64,000 nucleotides of DNA. Origin: Daphnia carinata. Its lineage: Eukaryota. Location: NCBI RefSeq assembly GCF_022539665.2, contig NC_081333.1:8618001-8682000 (forward strand), given 5' to 3'. Under the pieces are notes generated by a model. It ran no database searches, was not told the DNA's origin, and saw nothing but the letters and a program-made list of their open reading frames with translations. Below, piece after piece: positions 39,872 to 53,872 of this stretch; positions within the stretch are counted from its first letter, which is position 1; each line of letters begins with the position of its first letter. Both the position numbers and the translations under genes were made by a program.

Positions 39872-42491
39872 AATTGTTGTGTCATTTCAGAGAAATGAAA
39901 GAACAAAGTCCCTGCCGAGCCACTCAGCCACATCCACCATCACCACACGTGTCCATCACACATCCACAGCAACACCTTAAACCTTGGCGTGTTCAAATGA
40001 TTGTCGTTTCTTCCTTCCTCATCATCCCGCGATTCGATAGTTGTTGCTTTCCTTCCTCGTCCTATTCTCTCTTTCTCCTGTCGCCTCCCCACACAACTGT
40101 CGATTTCGTTTATTGAAGCAGCTCTCCTTCTTATTCAATTAGTCAAAGAAAAGAAAAAAGGAAATTACTAACTAATCACGCCTTACAGGTGGCGAAGCTG
40201 TCCAAGTCCGATTAAAGTTCTCTTTCATTTTGTCCGCTCCCTTCTCGCTAAAAGTCTCTTATTCTCGACTTTCGTTAGCCCCAATTGGGAGAAAGAAATT
40301 CAAAGAGAGTGAATACGAAGAAGAAAGGAAAGAAAAGAAAAAGCAAACATCGAACACCTCGTTCGATCCAGCATATTTGTGCAGTGGCATCAGGACAAAT
40401 GGATTTAAAAAAGAAAATATTGAAGATCATTCCTAATCTGTGTTATTGATTGTGTTGTTCCATCTCGTTTGACAAAGCAAGTATACTATAAAATTAATCA
40501 ACAATATCTCTCTCTAAATACCCTCCCCTCTCTAAAAACATAAATGAAAACAAAAAATCACAGAAAAAAAATATCCCCTTTATTTCTGTCCCCAACATCC
40601 TCCATGTCCTTTTTTTTTTCAAAAACTGTCGGTTGCGTGTCAAATGCATATCTCCCGGTCCTGTGTGCGAAGACGATTGAGCTCAACGCAGAACGGTTCA
40701 TCCCCATTTTTCGATTCTGCGGCATTATTCCGGAACGAGTCCCATAATCTGTTCTCTGTTTTTTTCTTTGTTTTTTTCTTTGTTTTTTGCGATGGGACTC
40801 TCTTGCGTTTCCTACGTGCCGATTCATTGTCGGTTCATCGGTCTACGCTGATTTGTTATTTTCTCTCTTGTTTTTTCTTTTCCAATTTGATTTCTTCTTC
40901 GTGCTCGAATCTTTCATCATCCAATTTTCATATTTCTCTCTTGTTCTTCTATCTTCTTCATCCAGCCTCCACCATCCTCCTCCTGCCCCTCCTTTCATCC
41001 TTCGGCTCCTTATATTAAATATAATAAGACTTCAAAGATTTTAAACAAAATTAATAATAATTAACGGTCGTTGGCTGTTTGAACCAACTGATTTATTGCC
41101 CTTGCTTTATTTGCAATGCGGTTGTGATTTCTCATGTTGTAGTGGACATTACAGAGCATCAAGGTAAAATCATTTGTCTCGCCTTCTTCTCTTTATCCAA
41201 GAACCTATTAAGAATATGCTCTCGTTGATCCCGATGAACTCGACATTTCGGAAAAAAACGACAACAAAACTGCACTGAAGCTTCCAGTTCGCTTCTTTTC
41301 AGCTATAAGTCTTTTGCTTGTTTTGTCGTATACGAGTATCAAACGGTTTTCAATGGCTTCCTATGAAAAAAAAAAAAGCCAAGGATATTCAGTTCAAGGA
41401 AACGCGGCTCGTTCTCCTAATGCGCGGAGAATCCCACAGGAGTGGAAGGAAAGAACGCTTTATTGGGATTCCTTTACAAAATGCCAACACGACTCGACTG
41501 GCAATCGATAATTTTAATAATAAATAACCACCGTGCAGACTGGCCAATCCGTGACATACCGGTGGAAAGCACACAGTTTGAGCCGCTCTACCTCACTGAA
41601 CTCTGCAAAAGGTCAACACGATACCCCCTAATAACAGAAGCAGAATTTATTATTAACCGTATCGTGATTTCGCTAGTCGAATGTGTAAGTTTACCGAGTT
41701 ATGCGTAATCATTACCGTCCACAGATAACTGTGCAAGTTATTGTACCACAAATTCTGTTAATTATTCCCCCAAGATTGATTGAATTACGTTCGCACAACG
41801 TTGACATAGATTTCTTCCAAAAGCGTCGTTTTTGCAAGATTTTACTACGATATTCTTGGAAACATCCTATCCTGACTCGTTTAATTGTTTTGAAAATCAG
41901 CGTTTCCGTCAGACATTTGAATTTCTGATGCCAAAATCTAAAGGAATAGTTTCTAGAACTTGTTCCTCAATTCTACGGGCTTCTATCGTTTTCCAGAGGA
42001 TACGTAATATGACAGTGAACTGTTATGTATTTGTCTCGTGTTTTTTTGTTTTTCACTTGTAGAGAAAACGGGGAATGGGCAATGGGTTGGGTAAGAAACG
42101 AGCCTCGAGTGTCTTCAATAATGTGACACCATATTGTCTTAATCTTATCGCCTTTACGTTACGCGTTACGCCCCTTGTGTCTTGGGGGCGAGGGCGGATA
42201 CTATTTTTATTTATGGCCGCCGGTATATTCCAGTTCCTGCTTGTTACTTTTGTGTCCCTCACCTCCTCCAGACTCGATGGAGTAGTCGACAGTTCGCTCG
42301 CTACTGTGCCACGGGTTGACAGCTCAAAAACAACATGAACGTCATCACCACATAGTTTATCGCACTACCCTTCTTTTTCTGTCAGTAATTTATTGTTGTT
42401 TTAAATAGTGGGTTCGACGCACGTTTCAACATTTACTTAAAGATTCATCATTCAGCCTCGTGTAGTTGTGAAAAAAAACATTGGCCAAACC

Positions 42492-44811
42492 ATGCCTAAA
42501 TTACTGTTACCTCGATTGACTAATCGACAATGGGCAACGGCCCTGGTGATTGCGTTCGCTGATTTTTGTTCTGCCGTGTGCATCAGTTTGCAAGCTCCAT
42601 TCTACCCAGCTGAGGTGAGCTTTTACGTTACACATTACATTCTTTTCGTGATAATATTCTCGTTAAATGTAAACATTGTTAGTTGAGATTTTAAAGTCTG
42701 TTCAACTATCATTTTGTTTTCGTAGGCCGAAAGGAAAGGAGCAACGGCGTCTCAGTATGGTGCGTGGTTATGACACTAATAGTTTGTACCTAAAGTATTA
42801 AGTTTTAATCATTATGTAATAGGTTTCGTATTCGGGTGCTATGAACTCACCGTTTTCTTGACGAGCCCATTATTTGGCAAATACGTAAGATTCTCACAAC
42901 CGTGTACAGATTTAAGTCAAAGATCAGTAATATGATTGTTCAATTGTTTATTTTCATGCCAGTTGGCCAAGTTAATACCAAAATTTATGCTCAATGGTGG
43001 TCTTGTTGTTACTGGCGTCTGCTCAATTTTATTTGGGTATTTATAATTGGAAGAATTATATCTAAAGATTTCGTCTAACTTTTGTTGTTTTATAAGGATT
43101 CTTGATAAAGTCAACGACACGACGGCGTTTATTGGTCTTTCGTTCGCCGTCCGGGTCATCGAAGCTTTAGGTAGCGCAGCATTTTTAACCGCTGCGTAAG
43201 TAAAATATTCATTTCCATTTGTTTAGTTTTTTGCTTTTTCATCTATTAACTCGTTTCTTTAGATTTGCAATTGTTGCTGCAGAGTTTCCCAACTCCATAG
43301 CGACGACCTTTGTAAGTTCTACATTTTTTATACACGCGTCTAAAGAGAAGCCTCGCAAAACCAGTGAGCGCTACATGTAATCGAGTACAGAAATCGTAAA
43401 AAAGCAGTTTCACTCAGCAAGGCTTCTCTCTGGGCATGGTGTTGATGTCTCGTGTGTTTTGATAAAAAATAAACGTCTGCATTTTCTAAACGAAAAATAT
43501 AGGCATGTCTGGAAACGTTCTTCGGACTTGGGCTCATCGTCGGCCCAACTTTGGGAGGGTTTCTTTTCCAAGTCGGTGGCTACATGTTGCCTTTTAGTGT
43601 TCTTGGTTTCCTACTCATCGCAGCTGCGCTTTTTACCTATGCCGTTTTACCATCAACCGATCATTGCGATCCGCCACCAACAGGTGATTATATATTTTTA
43701 CAAATTACGGCTCATGTATTTTGTTAGATTCAGGTTAACTTATTGTAGGAGGGATACTGCGAATTCTACGGATCCCTTCCATACTTTTGGCCTCATTCAC
43801 GGTTTTTGCTGCTTCCACATCCATCGGATTTCTTTCGGCGACGTTGGAGCCTCACCTGCGTCAATTTGATCTCATGCCAGTTACAATGGGACTCATGTTC
43901 GTGATTGAGGGAGGCATTTATGCCGTTACTGCTCCTCTTTGGGGATATCTTTGCGATCGCAAAGTCCAGCCTAAAATTATTACTTTAATTGGGGCATTGT
44001 TTATCGTCTTCGGTTTTCTTCTCATTGGACCTGCGCCCTTTATACCCCTGGAAACGTAACCACCCGTTCGTCCCGATCTTCATCTTTCATCTGACAAATT
44101 GTTTTTTTTCCTTTTGCAGGACATTGAATTTGGCAGTTACGGGTTTGGTTATTATGGGTTTCGGAGTAGGAGCGGAACTTGTTTCCGGCTTCGTCTCAGC
44201 TCTACAAGAAGCGACGTAAGTTTTTTTTGGAACCCTCACCTTCTAAAAGATTTTTGTTACCTCCATTTTCATTTGATAGGTTTCATGGCTTTCCCAACAA
44301 TCTGTCGACGTACGGCTTAGTTTCTGGTCTATGGACATCCACTTTTGCTTTAGGAGGTAAGAATTGGCGATCAGTGATTTTTGATGCGTTGCGATAATTT
44401 ACCTTAAAATTCCTCCAACTCAATGGTAGCTTTCGTCGGTCCGTCAATTGCGGGTATTTTGTTTGATCATGTTGGATTTCGTTATTCAACGCTATTTGTT
44501 ATCACAACAAACGCCCTCTTGGTATTTATACGTTATATAATTTTGATTACATATGACATTCTTCAACCAATTCATGTCTGCGGTAGGCGATTTTGGTCGT
44601 ACTCTTTCTTTGTTGTCAGCGACGCTTATCGCCTGGAATTCTTGCCGTTCCCGAACAATACCAAACAGCCAATTACAGCACTTTGGTCGGTGAAGATTAT
44701 GCAACGGGAGACGAGGAAAACAATTCAAAAACAAGTAGAGAGAAAATGGTGTCTAGTCTAAAAGATGGTCTAGCGAATCCCGAATGGGTGACATCTGAAC
44801 ATTCGACTTAA
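42492..44811 (+). CDS. SLC18B1: MFS transporter, SLC18B1-like (vesicular amine/polyamine transporter family)
   Basis: Exons 42492-42614, 42726-42759, 42823-42883, 42963-43036, 43097-43195, 43263-43311, 43503-43683, 43749-44055, 44120-44215, 44280-44356, 44429-44521, 44587-44811. Motifs SLQAPFYPAEAERKGAT, SPLFGK, ETFFGLGLIVGPTLGG, GFLSATLEPHL, TYGLVSGLWTSTFALGAFVGPSIAG; many hydrophobic helices. Confidence 0.88.
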
Positions 44812-45526
44812 AAAAGTTTTATATTTAAAAGTTGAAAAGGAATTCGTTTATTTTGGTTAAAACTGACATGATGTGGAAGACAATACACATTCCGGCGTTA
44901 CGTGATTTTATCTGATAGGTTTTGACAGGATGGTGAAATTGCAGTCGATCGGTAACTCATTGATTGAGATAACCCAACGCGTCACCGCTACGTGCAGATA
45001 GCATTATTTAAGCATTGTGATAATGGCTACAATAACAACGCAAACGGATGATGCTTACGAATCCTTTAAAATGATGAATCCTTTTGAAATCGCCTATTTA
45101 ATGGCATTAAGGTATTATCTAAATTCTTTCCTTTGATTAATTTTGATCAGGTTTACGCAAATATTGCCATAAAGATGAGCGGCTTCTCAATAATCACCTT
45201 CCACTTCGTGATGCAAATTGCTGCCGGCCGGAAGATTACACAAAAGTTTTACCTTGTTCCGTTGATTACACGTTTTGTTTGAAAACGTGCGCAATCTTCT
45301 GAACAAAAAATTCGATAATTGTCGCGCAAAAGCAAAAAATAAGGTAAGAATTCACTTCTCGTCATATTGACAGTTGTTGCGACATCTCTTACGTTTTCAG
45401 GTTGCTGAAGTTCGAACTTGATTTCCCAATCGGTTTGCCTACATTTGAGGACTAACCAAATTACTTTATCGTCATGCACAAAAGATAGTCCGATATGGGC
45501 CATATCAAAACGCTTTGCGTTCCGTC

Positions 45527-45534
45527 TATATAAA
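45527..45534 (+). promoter_or_regulatory. Candidate TATA box of the chitinase gene
   Basis: TATATAAA about 100 nt upstream of the chitinase ATG; motif match only. Confidence 0.45.
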
Positions 45535-45634
45535 GTCGATCATTTTGTTTTCCAAAATCATAAGTGTTCTTAACTTGTTAACGAAAGCGCATTCGTATTT
45601 TTCTATCAGTAGAGCACACAGTAAACCGGTGACA

Positions 45635-47456
45635 ATGAAGATAGTCGCCATTTTGGCATTTTCGTTGGCTATTGCCTTGGCCAACGCTCAAGGAAACTAC
45701 AAGAAAGTCTGTTACTTCGCCAATTGGGCATACTACCGCAACAGTAAGTGTGAAATTAATTCAGTTTCATTTTATTCATTTATTTTTGCTACTGTTGCTG
45801 AGTTACAATTTCTTTGTTTCTTGTGTGCATGTACAAAAACCAGCAACTGGACAGTACGGAGTGGACAAGCTTGATGCCTTTGAATGCACTCACTTGATCT
45901 ATGGCTTTGCTGTTCTTAACAATGTCACTTATGAGATGACAGTTTACGATTCTTGGGTGGACATCAGTCTTGGTGGCTATCAAAAATTCACCGCTTTAAA
46001 GGCGAAAAACCCTAACCTCAAAACACTGATCGCACTCGGTGGCTGGAACGACTCGGCATTTTCCACCCAGTATTCAGAACTAGTAGCTGATCCCGTTAAA
46101 ATGGCCAACTTCGTGACAAAAGCGCTTGCTTTTGTTCGTCAGGTAACAAAGACAAAGCGGAAAAAAATGTATTATAATTTACTAACGAGCAATATTGAAT
46201 CAGTACAATTTTGATGGCCTCGATTTCGATTGGGAATATCCTGGAGATCCGGGTAAACCTGAAGATAAAGAGAACTTCATTACGCTTTTGACGATGCTCC
46301 GTGACGCTTTCAAGCCCTACAATTTACTGCTAACTATGGCTCCGTCATGCAGTATCGTGCGCGCTGGAGTGAGCTACAACATCCCAGCTCTTGCGGAAGT
46401 CGTTGATTTCGTCAATTTCATGGGATATGGTATTTACTTAGCATTCACTCAATAGTTTGGTTAAAACTCATTTTGATTTTCGTGGTGTAGATATCCACGG
46501 TGCGTGGGAAACTCAGACTGACCATCACTCCCCTCTTTACCGCCGAAGCTTTGACGATACCGTCAGCGACCAAATTGTTGCCGAATCCATAGATTTCTGG
46601 TTGGCCCAGGGTATGCCCGCTGAAAAGCTCATTTTCGGTGTACCTAGTTATGGTCGATCTTACACATTGGCTGACGTAAGCCAAACGGGACTGTTGGCTC
46701 CAGCTATTGACGCTGGTCCTCCAGGGCCATACACTGGTCTAAAGGGCTTTTATTCCTTTTACGAAATCTGTTTGATGGAGCAAAGTGGCATGACAGTAGT
46801 TACAGACCCAACTGGCAAAATGGGTGCTTATGGCTACAAAGGCAATACGTGGGTGTCTTGGGATGAGATTGACATGCTCGTCAAGAAAGTCCAATATGCT
46901 ATGGATAAAGGACTTGGTGGTATCATGTTCTGGGAACTCAGCTTGGATGACTTCAACGGTTACTGCAATTTGGGCCCAAGGTATTAATTTACAAACGATT
47001 TGTACTTATTTCTTGTGTTTTACAAATGCACACCGAAAAATACTTAGACCTTTCTCCAAAACCATTACCGCAACGCTGGAGGGACGCCCACCGGTCACTT
47101 CGAATCCATCAGCAACAACCGCAGCACCACCAGGCTCTTGTAAATTTAATAAACTCAACTTTTTCTGCCATTTTTATTTCTATTTAATTTAAACTGACGG
47201 CTTTTTTACTTTCGTTTTCTCTAGTAACCTGTACAACCGAAGGGGCTTACTATGCTGATCCTGCCAATTGCAACAAATATTACCGATGCGTCAACGGAAA
47301 GATCGTCGCCATGTACTGTTCACCTGGCCTTGTCTTCAACCCATCGATTGATCGTACGTTTCAAGTTGCACATTTTTTCTAAAGTCCCATACTTATTAAA
47401 CTCATTTTGTCTATGTAGAATGCGATTGGCCCTACAACGTACCTGGCTGCGTCTAG
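45635..47456 (+). CDS. Secreted GH18 chitinase with C-terminal CBM14 (peritrophin-A) chitin-binding domain, ~460 aa
   Basis: Exons 45635-45743, 45844-46142, 46204-46429, 46491-46980, 47048-47139, 47225-47353, 47419-47456 (1383 nt). Signal peptide MKIVAILAFSLAIALANA, KKVCYFANWA, CTHLIYGFA, KTLIALGGW, intact catalytic FDGLDFDWEYP, GLGGIMFWELSLDDF, short S/T/P linker, six-Cys CBM14 ending CDWPYNVPGCV. Confidence 0.95.
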
Positions 47457-48734
47457 AGGGTGATCTATATCCTTTCTTCCGAATTCTGAATTTTCAAAAA
47501 TTCCAAAGGAGTCGGAACAGCTTCGTCACCTCAATTCTTAAACTTCTTCATTAAAGTTCAATCGGCATAGCTAAAGACGATCAACTACTGCAACTAGAAA
47601 AATTATACCATTATCAAAGCATTTCACTTTTCTCTCTTTTTTTTGTGTTGATTATTATCAAGAATTGGAATGTTTAATCGTGTGAATCCGAATTCTAATT
47701 GTCTTGTTGTTATGGCCATGCATATTTCGCTGATTGTATAGCCTACCTGACGATCTAATGTTAGTAAAATGAACAGGTTGTTATTGAACTATTCATTGTC
47801 GCTTTGGTATCAGCATAAAGTACTTCTAACGAACCGTGTATGCTGACGTGTTACGTGGTACGTTATTCACGTTATTAGTGGTACGCTATTCAGCAGCGGA
47901 ACATCTTTTTTTAGCGAGGATGGAAACTGCAAGTTTGCTTGATATTTAATCACGAATGACATAAAAGTTGTGACGCAGTTGAATATATGGGTCATTAACT
48001 ACTACTTGGCTTAAGGATACAAGGTGGCCGAAAGCCATTTTGGGTGGCCATCAGTTTAGACTTGTACGTTCTCGAAGCCCAGCACAGTTTTGTTTGTTTA
48101 TATGTCCTTAATATTTTTCCTACGCTCGTTGATTAGACTAGCGGCAGTCTATTTCCATGGACAGTACCAAATGCAGTTGGCATGCGTTGCAAATTGGACG
48201 CGTGGCTAAAGCGTTATACATATTGTGAAAAGAACCACTAGACAACTGGACGTACATACAAAACAACGGCCAATTTAAGCACTTTCACCTCGCACCGCAA
48301 TCCACAGCTTACCACCAGTGGAAACGGAGTTAAAAAGCATCGATAATCGCCCACACGCCCCACTCACTTTCCCTTTTAATTACAACAGCGTAAGTCACAG
48401 GACCTACCGATAAAGAATTTTCAGGAATAGATTACAGCCTTTATTCCCAGGATATTTCTGTCTGAGTATCAACATTCGTAATACAGCTTGCCTAACTCCG
48501 CCAAAAACGCAAAGCGTTTTCAGGTTGCCGAACCATAGCTCCTCGAAGGGTGGGAGTCGGCAATTTGACATTTGTCAGCTGTTTTCGTGGACGTTAAAGA
48601 CGAATTGAGATGTTTACAGTTCCAGTTCGGCTTCCCTAATCCGGTACTCTAATATTTCATTAGTATACGTACCGTGGTACTCTGCCCGTCGTGTTCACTC
48701 TAGTTTTTGCTTGGTCATCCTTTTCTCAAGAATC

Positions 48735-51700
48735 ATGGAAGAAATCACTACCAGAGAGCAGTCTAGTGATTCAATTGCCACCAGTGACGAATTTGAAGAT
48801 CTAGGACATAAAAATGCATGCGAGGTTAAATTAAACCACGAAACACCAGTTACCGGAGTTGTAGGAAGTGAAGGTATGCTTAAAACATCTCCTGAAATGG
48901 AAATTAGCAATAATGGGAGTTTGGCTGAACTGAAAGACACACTTGATGAAGTACTCAACGAAGAAACAGAAACCACTGGTATTAAGAATTAAATTGTGGT
49001 CTAAATGTTCCTGTAATCAAGCATGCTTTTGTTTTATTTCCATTGAAACCAGCGCAAATTGATGAGAGTGCTCAGAATTATACTCTGTTCAACAGGATTG
49101 CTTACTTAGGGGCGGCAACTGTAAGATGACATGTTCATACTTATCTAAAGTCCTTGAGCTTTACATGCTTTTTTGTTTATCGGTTCAAAAGGTAAATGCC
49201 CCAAGGAGTGAGAATGAAATAGCAAGAAACATGGCCATAATGAGGCAATCAAGTGGCCAACCAATTCCAATTGCTCTTTCAATTCCCAATAACTGCGATG
49301 GATCTGTTGTGTGAGTTTCTGTTATTATGGCCTATTCATAGTTGGTCATTTTTCATCTCTTACTTTATCTTACAGGCTTTATGAGGCTGAAAGTAACACT
49401 GAAATGGCACGCCATCCAATACATCGCATTATTTTTCTTGCCCTTGGTCCTGCTGGAACGTTAGATTCCAACTGTTTTGCGTTCACCTGTCCAAGGGGAG
49501 ACTCTGAAGAGACAGCCATATTCCAGTGCCACGTATTTCGTTGCGAAATTACCGAAGCGATTCCCAAAGTCATGTGCAGTTTTAAGCACGCCTTCCGTAA
49601 GCCGGAACCCTCTGCCTCTGCATCAACAGAATCTTCGACCGCAGTCTCGCCCACAGAGATGAATAATCATCGTTTGACCTTTGAATTGACCTTAGAAATT
49701 AAAGAAGAAGATACCAAAGGAAATTACAGTCCCGTTCCCAAGGACCGCAACTTCTTTAAAATTCGCGCTGGCATCGAAAAAAAGATTGTCATAACTGTTT
49801 TGCAAATCAATGACAGTCTAGAATTGCCCATCGAACGTTGTTTTGGATTATTAGTAAGTCCGGGACGGCATGTCAAACATAGTGATATGCACCTGCTAGA
49901 AATGGTATCTATGGGAACTTCCAACACTCCCAGCAATACTCAGGACGCACGCAAGTCGGCTTATGTAATCTCCGGTCATTGGGATCCGAATGAGCCCGTC
50001 TTTGGGCTTCTCAATCGTGAAAGTTCCAAGGAAATAAATTCCGTGTATATGACAATTGCCGTGGACCTCGTGATTAGGGTAATGACGTTTTTATTAGTTC
50101 AAGTGTCTCAACGTTATAATTTTCTATTGATTTGATATTTTGATCATAGGGTATCAGTGAGCCGGTACGTTTCGTTATTGAAACACGTGTAAAGGTGTTT
50201 GGACACAACGAACGCTTTTGGTACTACAGTCAAAAGCATATGACTTTACAATTCGCCGTACATGTTGCCGAAATTCGTGACCTACCTCCGAATGCGTCCA
50301 GCTACGACCCCATATATAGAGTAGTAGAAATTTGCAACGAAGGCGAGATAGAGCGACCGAGTAAAGGGCTGGTACGTAAACAACAGACGTGATGTCAGTT
50401 TTCTATTCGTTTTATTGCTTACATCATTCAACAGGGAATGGGTATGGCACTCTCATTGAACTTAAGCTCGACATTGAGCACGTTAACTAGCAGTACTTTT
50501 GGCTCTCTTAACTCTCCCACACCGGTTGTGAATGATACCCTGAAGGAAGATGAACTTTCATCTGATAATGACGAACCCCTATTAAGTGGATCAGGTAGTG
50601 CATACGCGGCGATGTGTGATATACTCGTGTAGTTTCCTATATTGTCACATTCCTAAATGCAGGCGAGGTCTCGAAGGATTGCAGCGAAGTGGAATTAGCT
50701 TCGTGGGCAGAAGTGTTGCATTTGTGGGGAACTCAGCCAGGCGATAACCGGCCCAAGCAGTTAAAGCATTTAGTTAGACGTGGAATACCTGAAGCATTGC
50801 GAGGTGAAGTCTGGCTCCGGTTGGCTGATTGTTCGTCTGATACCAGCGTCATGGATGCTTACCGCGTACTAATCACGAAAGAATGCAGTGCTGATCCCGT
50901 CATTATGCGGGATATCCATCGTACTTTCCCAGCGCATGACTTTTTTAAGGATTCTGGTGGTCTCGGCCAGGAAGCGTTGGCTAAAATATCTCGCGCGTAC
51001 GCAGTTTACGACCAAGAAGTCGGCTATTGTCAAGTAATTCAGCTTAAAAAATTTCCGATTTTTCCTTGCACTAACCTCTTTTCGCTATTTACAGGGTTTG
51101 AGTTTCTTGGCTGCATCTCTGCTACTACACATGCCAGGTATTTAAACTTCAAATGTATATTTGTTTTTTTGTTTTAAGTATAACCGCTGTATTACCACTA
51201 CAGAGGAGCAGGCCTTCAGCGTGATGGTCAGAGTCATGTTTCACTATGGACTGCGTGATCTCTTCAAGGTAGGCCAGCTGACTTCCGTCACGTCGTCACA
51301 TTATGCGAATCCCATTTCTTTATGCGATTGTTTTCAAAATGTCCCGTATTGAAGTGGAATGCAGAAGTAAGAACATAGAAAGCCCATGAAAGGTAGCCAA
51401 TGAGTGTCGTCTCGATCTTGACACGATTTATTGTTGCCTGGTGTTCATCAGTATCGACAGCCTATTTACAATGTGGCGCCTGCTAGGCCTAACCCCATAC
51501 CGCCGCCTGAATGTTTTACGATGACGGCATAGCTTCAGTCTAGCCTACTCCCATAGCAATAAAGCTTTCTTGTTTTTCTCAGCGTCAGAAAAGCAACAGC
51601 AGGGCTGTTGTCTGAGTTGGTCTTATCGGTAGCGAGGAAATGATTGATTGTATTTTCGTTCGTTTCAGGACGGCTTTGAGACACTACATCTTCGTTTGTA

Positions 51701-53299
51701 TCAACTTGACCGCCTTATTGAAGAATATCTGCCCGATTTGTGGAATCATCTGGTGGAAAACTGTATCGAGAATCACATGTATGCATCGCAGTGGTTCCTT
51801 ACCCTCTTCACCGCCAAATTCCCGCTTTTTCTCGTCTTTCACATTCTAGACGTCTTCCTCTACCAAGGCATGGATACCATATTTCAAGTAAGTTTTGAAT
51901 GCCTATATTTGTAGTAGGAAAAGAAAAACTGTTCTTCCGCTTTGTTTATAAACATTGAAGACATGCCACCGTGACTGTTTGTCAGCACGTTTCGGCAGTT
52001 TGGTGTGAATGAATCGACGGGTGAAAGAATGAATGATCTTTTTTTTTATTAGGTTGCCCTCGGTTTGTTGTCCATGGCTAAAAAGGATCTCCTTTCACTT
52101 AACTTCGAAGGCATATTAAAGTACTTTCGCGTCCAATTGCCCAAGCGGTATCGCAACGAAGTGGCGGCGCGGCAGCTGATGAAATTGACGTCATCGTTCA
52201 AGCTGAGAAAACTGAAGAAATACGAGAAAGATTTCATGGCCATCAAGGTACATTAGTTAGAATGGAAGCTTTGTGAAGTAGGGTAGATAAAGCTGTTGTT
52301 TACGGGCTGTCGCTATTTGTAGGAACAAGAGCAGGCTCGAGAAGACCCGGTCGTACGTCTTGAACGTGAAAACAAGCATTTGCATGAGGCAAATTTGAGG
52401 CTTGAACGTGAGAGTGATGATTTGGCTCAGGAATTGATCACAAGCAAAATCGGGCTACGTTCGGAGCTGGACGCAGCTGAGGAGAAGGCCGACAATTACT
52501 TTAAAGAACTGCAAACTTTGAGACGTCTTCACAAAGAAGTGGAAGAGGATCGTAATCACATTCAAAATGAAGCTGTGAAGGTTGTCAAACACTCCGTAGT
52601 ATCGAGAAGTTGCCCTTGTGATTACATTTACTTGTACCAAAATCAGGTGAAGGAGATGTTGCAGCGAGAAGTGCAACGAGCTGAAGAAGAAAGTCGACGA
52701 AGTCAGTCTATTATTGCCGACTACAAGCAGATCTGTTCCAAACTTACGCGGCGACTAGAAAGCGAGCAATCTCGGGCAAAAGAAGTGTTTGAGAGACTGC
52801 AAGCCACCCTCTCTGATAGCCCCAACTATTCCAGTCTTTTAGATGACGTGGTTAGCCTCATCAGGTCGGAACAATCCAGCCCAGATCTGCAAGAAACAGG
52901 AAACCTAGTCTGTGAATCGAAACCTCATTCCCCCGCATCTGCCCAGTCGCAGTTTGAAAATCAGGTGAAAGCATTTAGATCATTGTATTATTTTTGTATG
53001 TGTATAACATTGGTATGTTGCAAAAGGTTCGGCTACTCGAATTAGAATTGGCTCAAACGAAATTGGCGTTGGTTGAAGCTGAGTGCCGCAATCAAGATCT
53101 TACCCACCAGTTGTCAACCATTTCGTTGGAGATGCAGTCTCAATCACGTAACAGTTGGCTACAGAAAACCCTCTCTTCGATTAAGGAAGCTACAGCTAAG
53201 AAGGACGGCCTTCCGGTCACCCCTAGCACGACATCTTCATCAGGTTCCCCTGCAGCCAATCCAACAGGTCGGAAGGATTCGTTGAGCTCTGATAAGTAA
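48735..53299 (+). CDS. RABGAP1: Rab GTPase-activating protein 1-like (PTB + kinesin-like/DUF3694 + TBC + coiled coil; GAPCenA family)
   Basis: Approximate exons 48735-48978, 49053-49120, 49192-49310, 49376-50078, 50149-50371, 50435-50594, 50663-51033, 51095-51137, 51204-51268, 51669-51887, 52053-52247, 52323-52580, 52647-52964, 53027-53299. PTB IAYLGAATVNAPRSE and FQCHVFRCE; DNDEPLLSGSGEVSKDC; TBC GIPEALRGEVW, IMRDIHRTFP (R finger), VGYCQGLSF (Q finger), MYASQWFLTLF; LELELAQTKLALVEAECRNQDL. Confidence 0.93.
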
Positions 53300-53872
53300 T
53301 AGTAATAATAACTCTAATAACAACACCATTCCACCGTAAGAGATTACGAACTATCGTATCTATATGAAATGGTTCAAGTGCTATAGTTATTCCTTTTTTT
53401 TTTTTCGTTATTTTTTTTTTCCCGTTGTCCTTATAAATTCATATCCATCGATACAATTACGTATCGCGTGCCATTCACAATCCGCTTTGAAAATTTAGAT
53501 TTGGGTAAAATAAATGAGCACGTAGCATTTGCGATATCGTTGCTTGTTTTTCTGTGACTCTTAACCAAATTTTTTTTGTCTGTATTGAATATGTTTCTTT
53601 GTTCGAGGTATGCCGCGTACAGTTAAACAAGAGACATGAGGTGATTACACACACACATCAATTATATTATTATTATTGTATGTACGCTAAAGGAACAAAG
53701 AAAAAACGAGTTTGTTGACGCACACATTTAGTGAGTTAAACGAAAATTCAAAAAAAAAAAAATGGAGAAAACGAGTGCGAAATGACAATTAAATAGCGAA
53801 AAGAAAAACGTGAAATTTTTTTGCCGGATCTGGCATTTTCCTGTTAAACATCCGTTTAGCTTCCAAGCCTTT

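Noticed and set aside
14750..41100. Many 60-190 aa ORFs rich in F/K/CV/SL, and antisense ORFs over GC-rich exons
   Set aside because: Translations of homopolymers, microsatellites or shadow frames of real exons; not independent genes.
47808..47895. Short inverted repeat (tcagcata/tatgctga) and imperfect direct repeat gtggtacgytattca
   Set aside because: Too short for a pre-miRNA or MITE; no target-site duplication seen.
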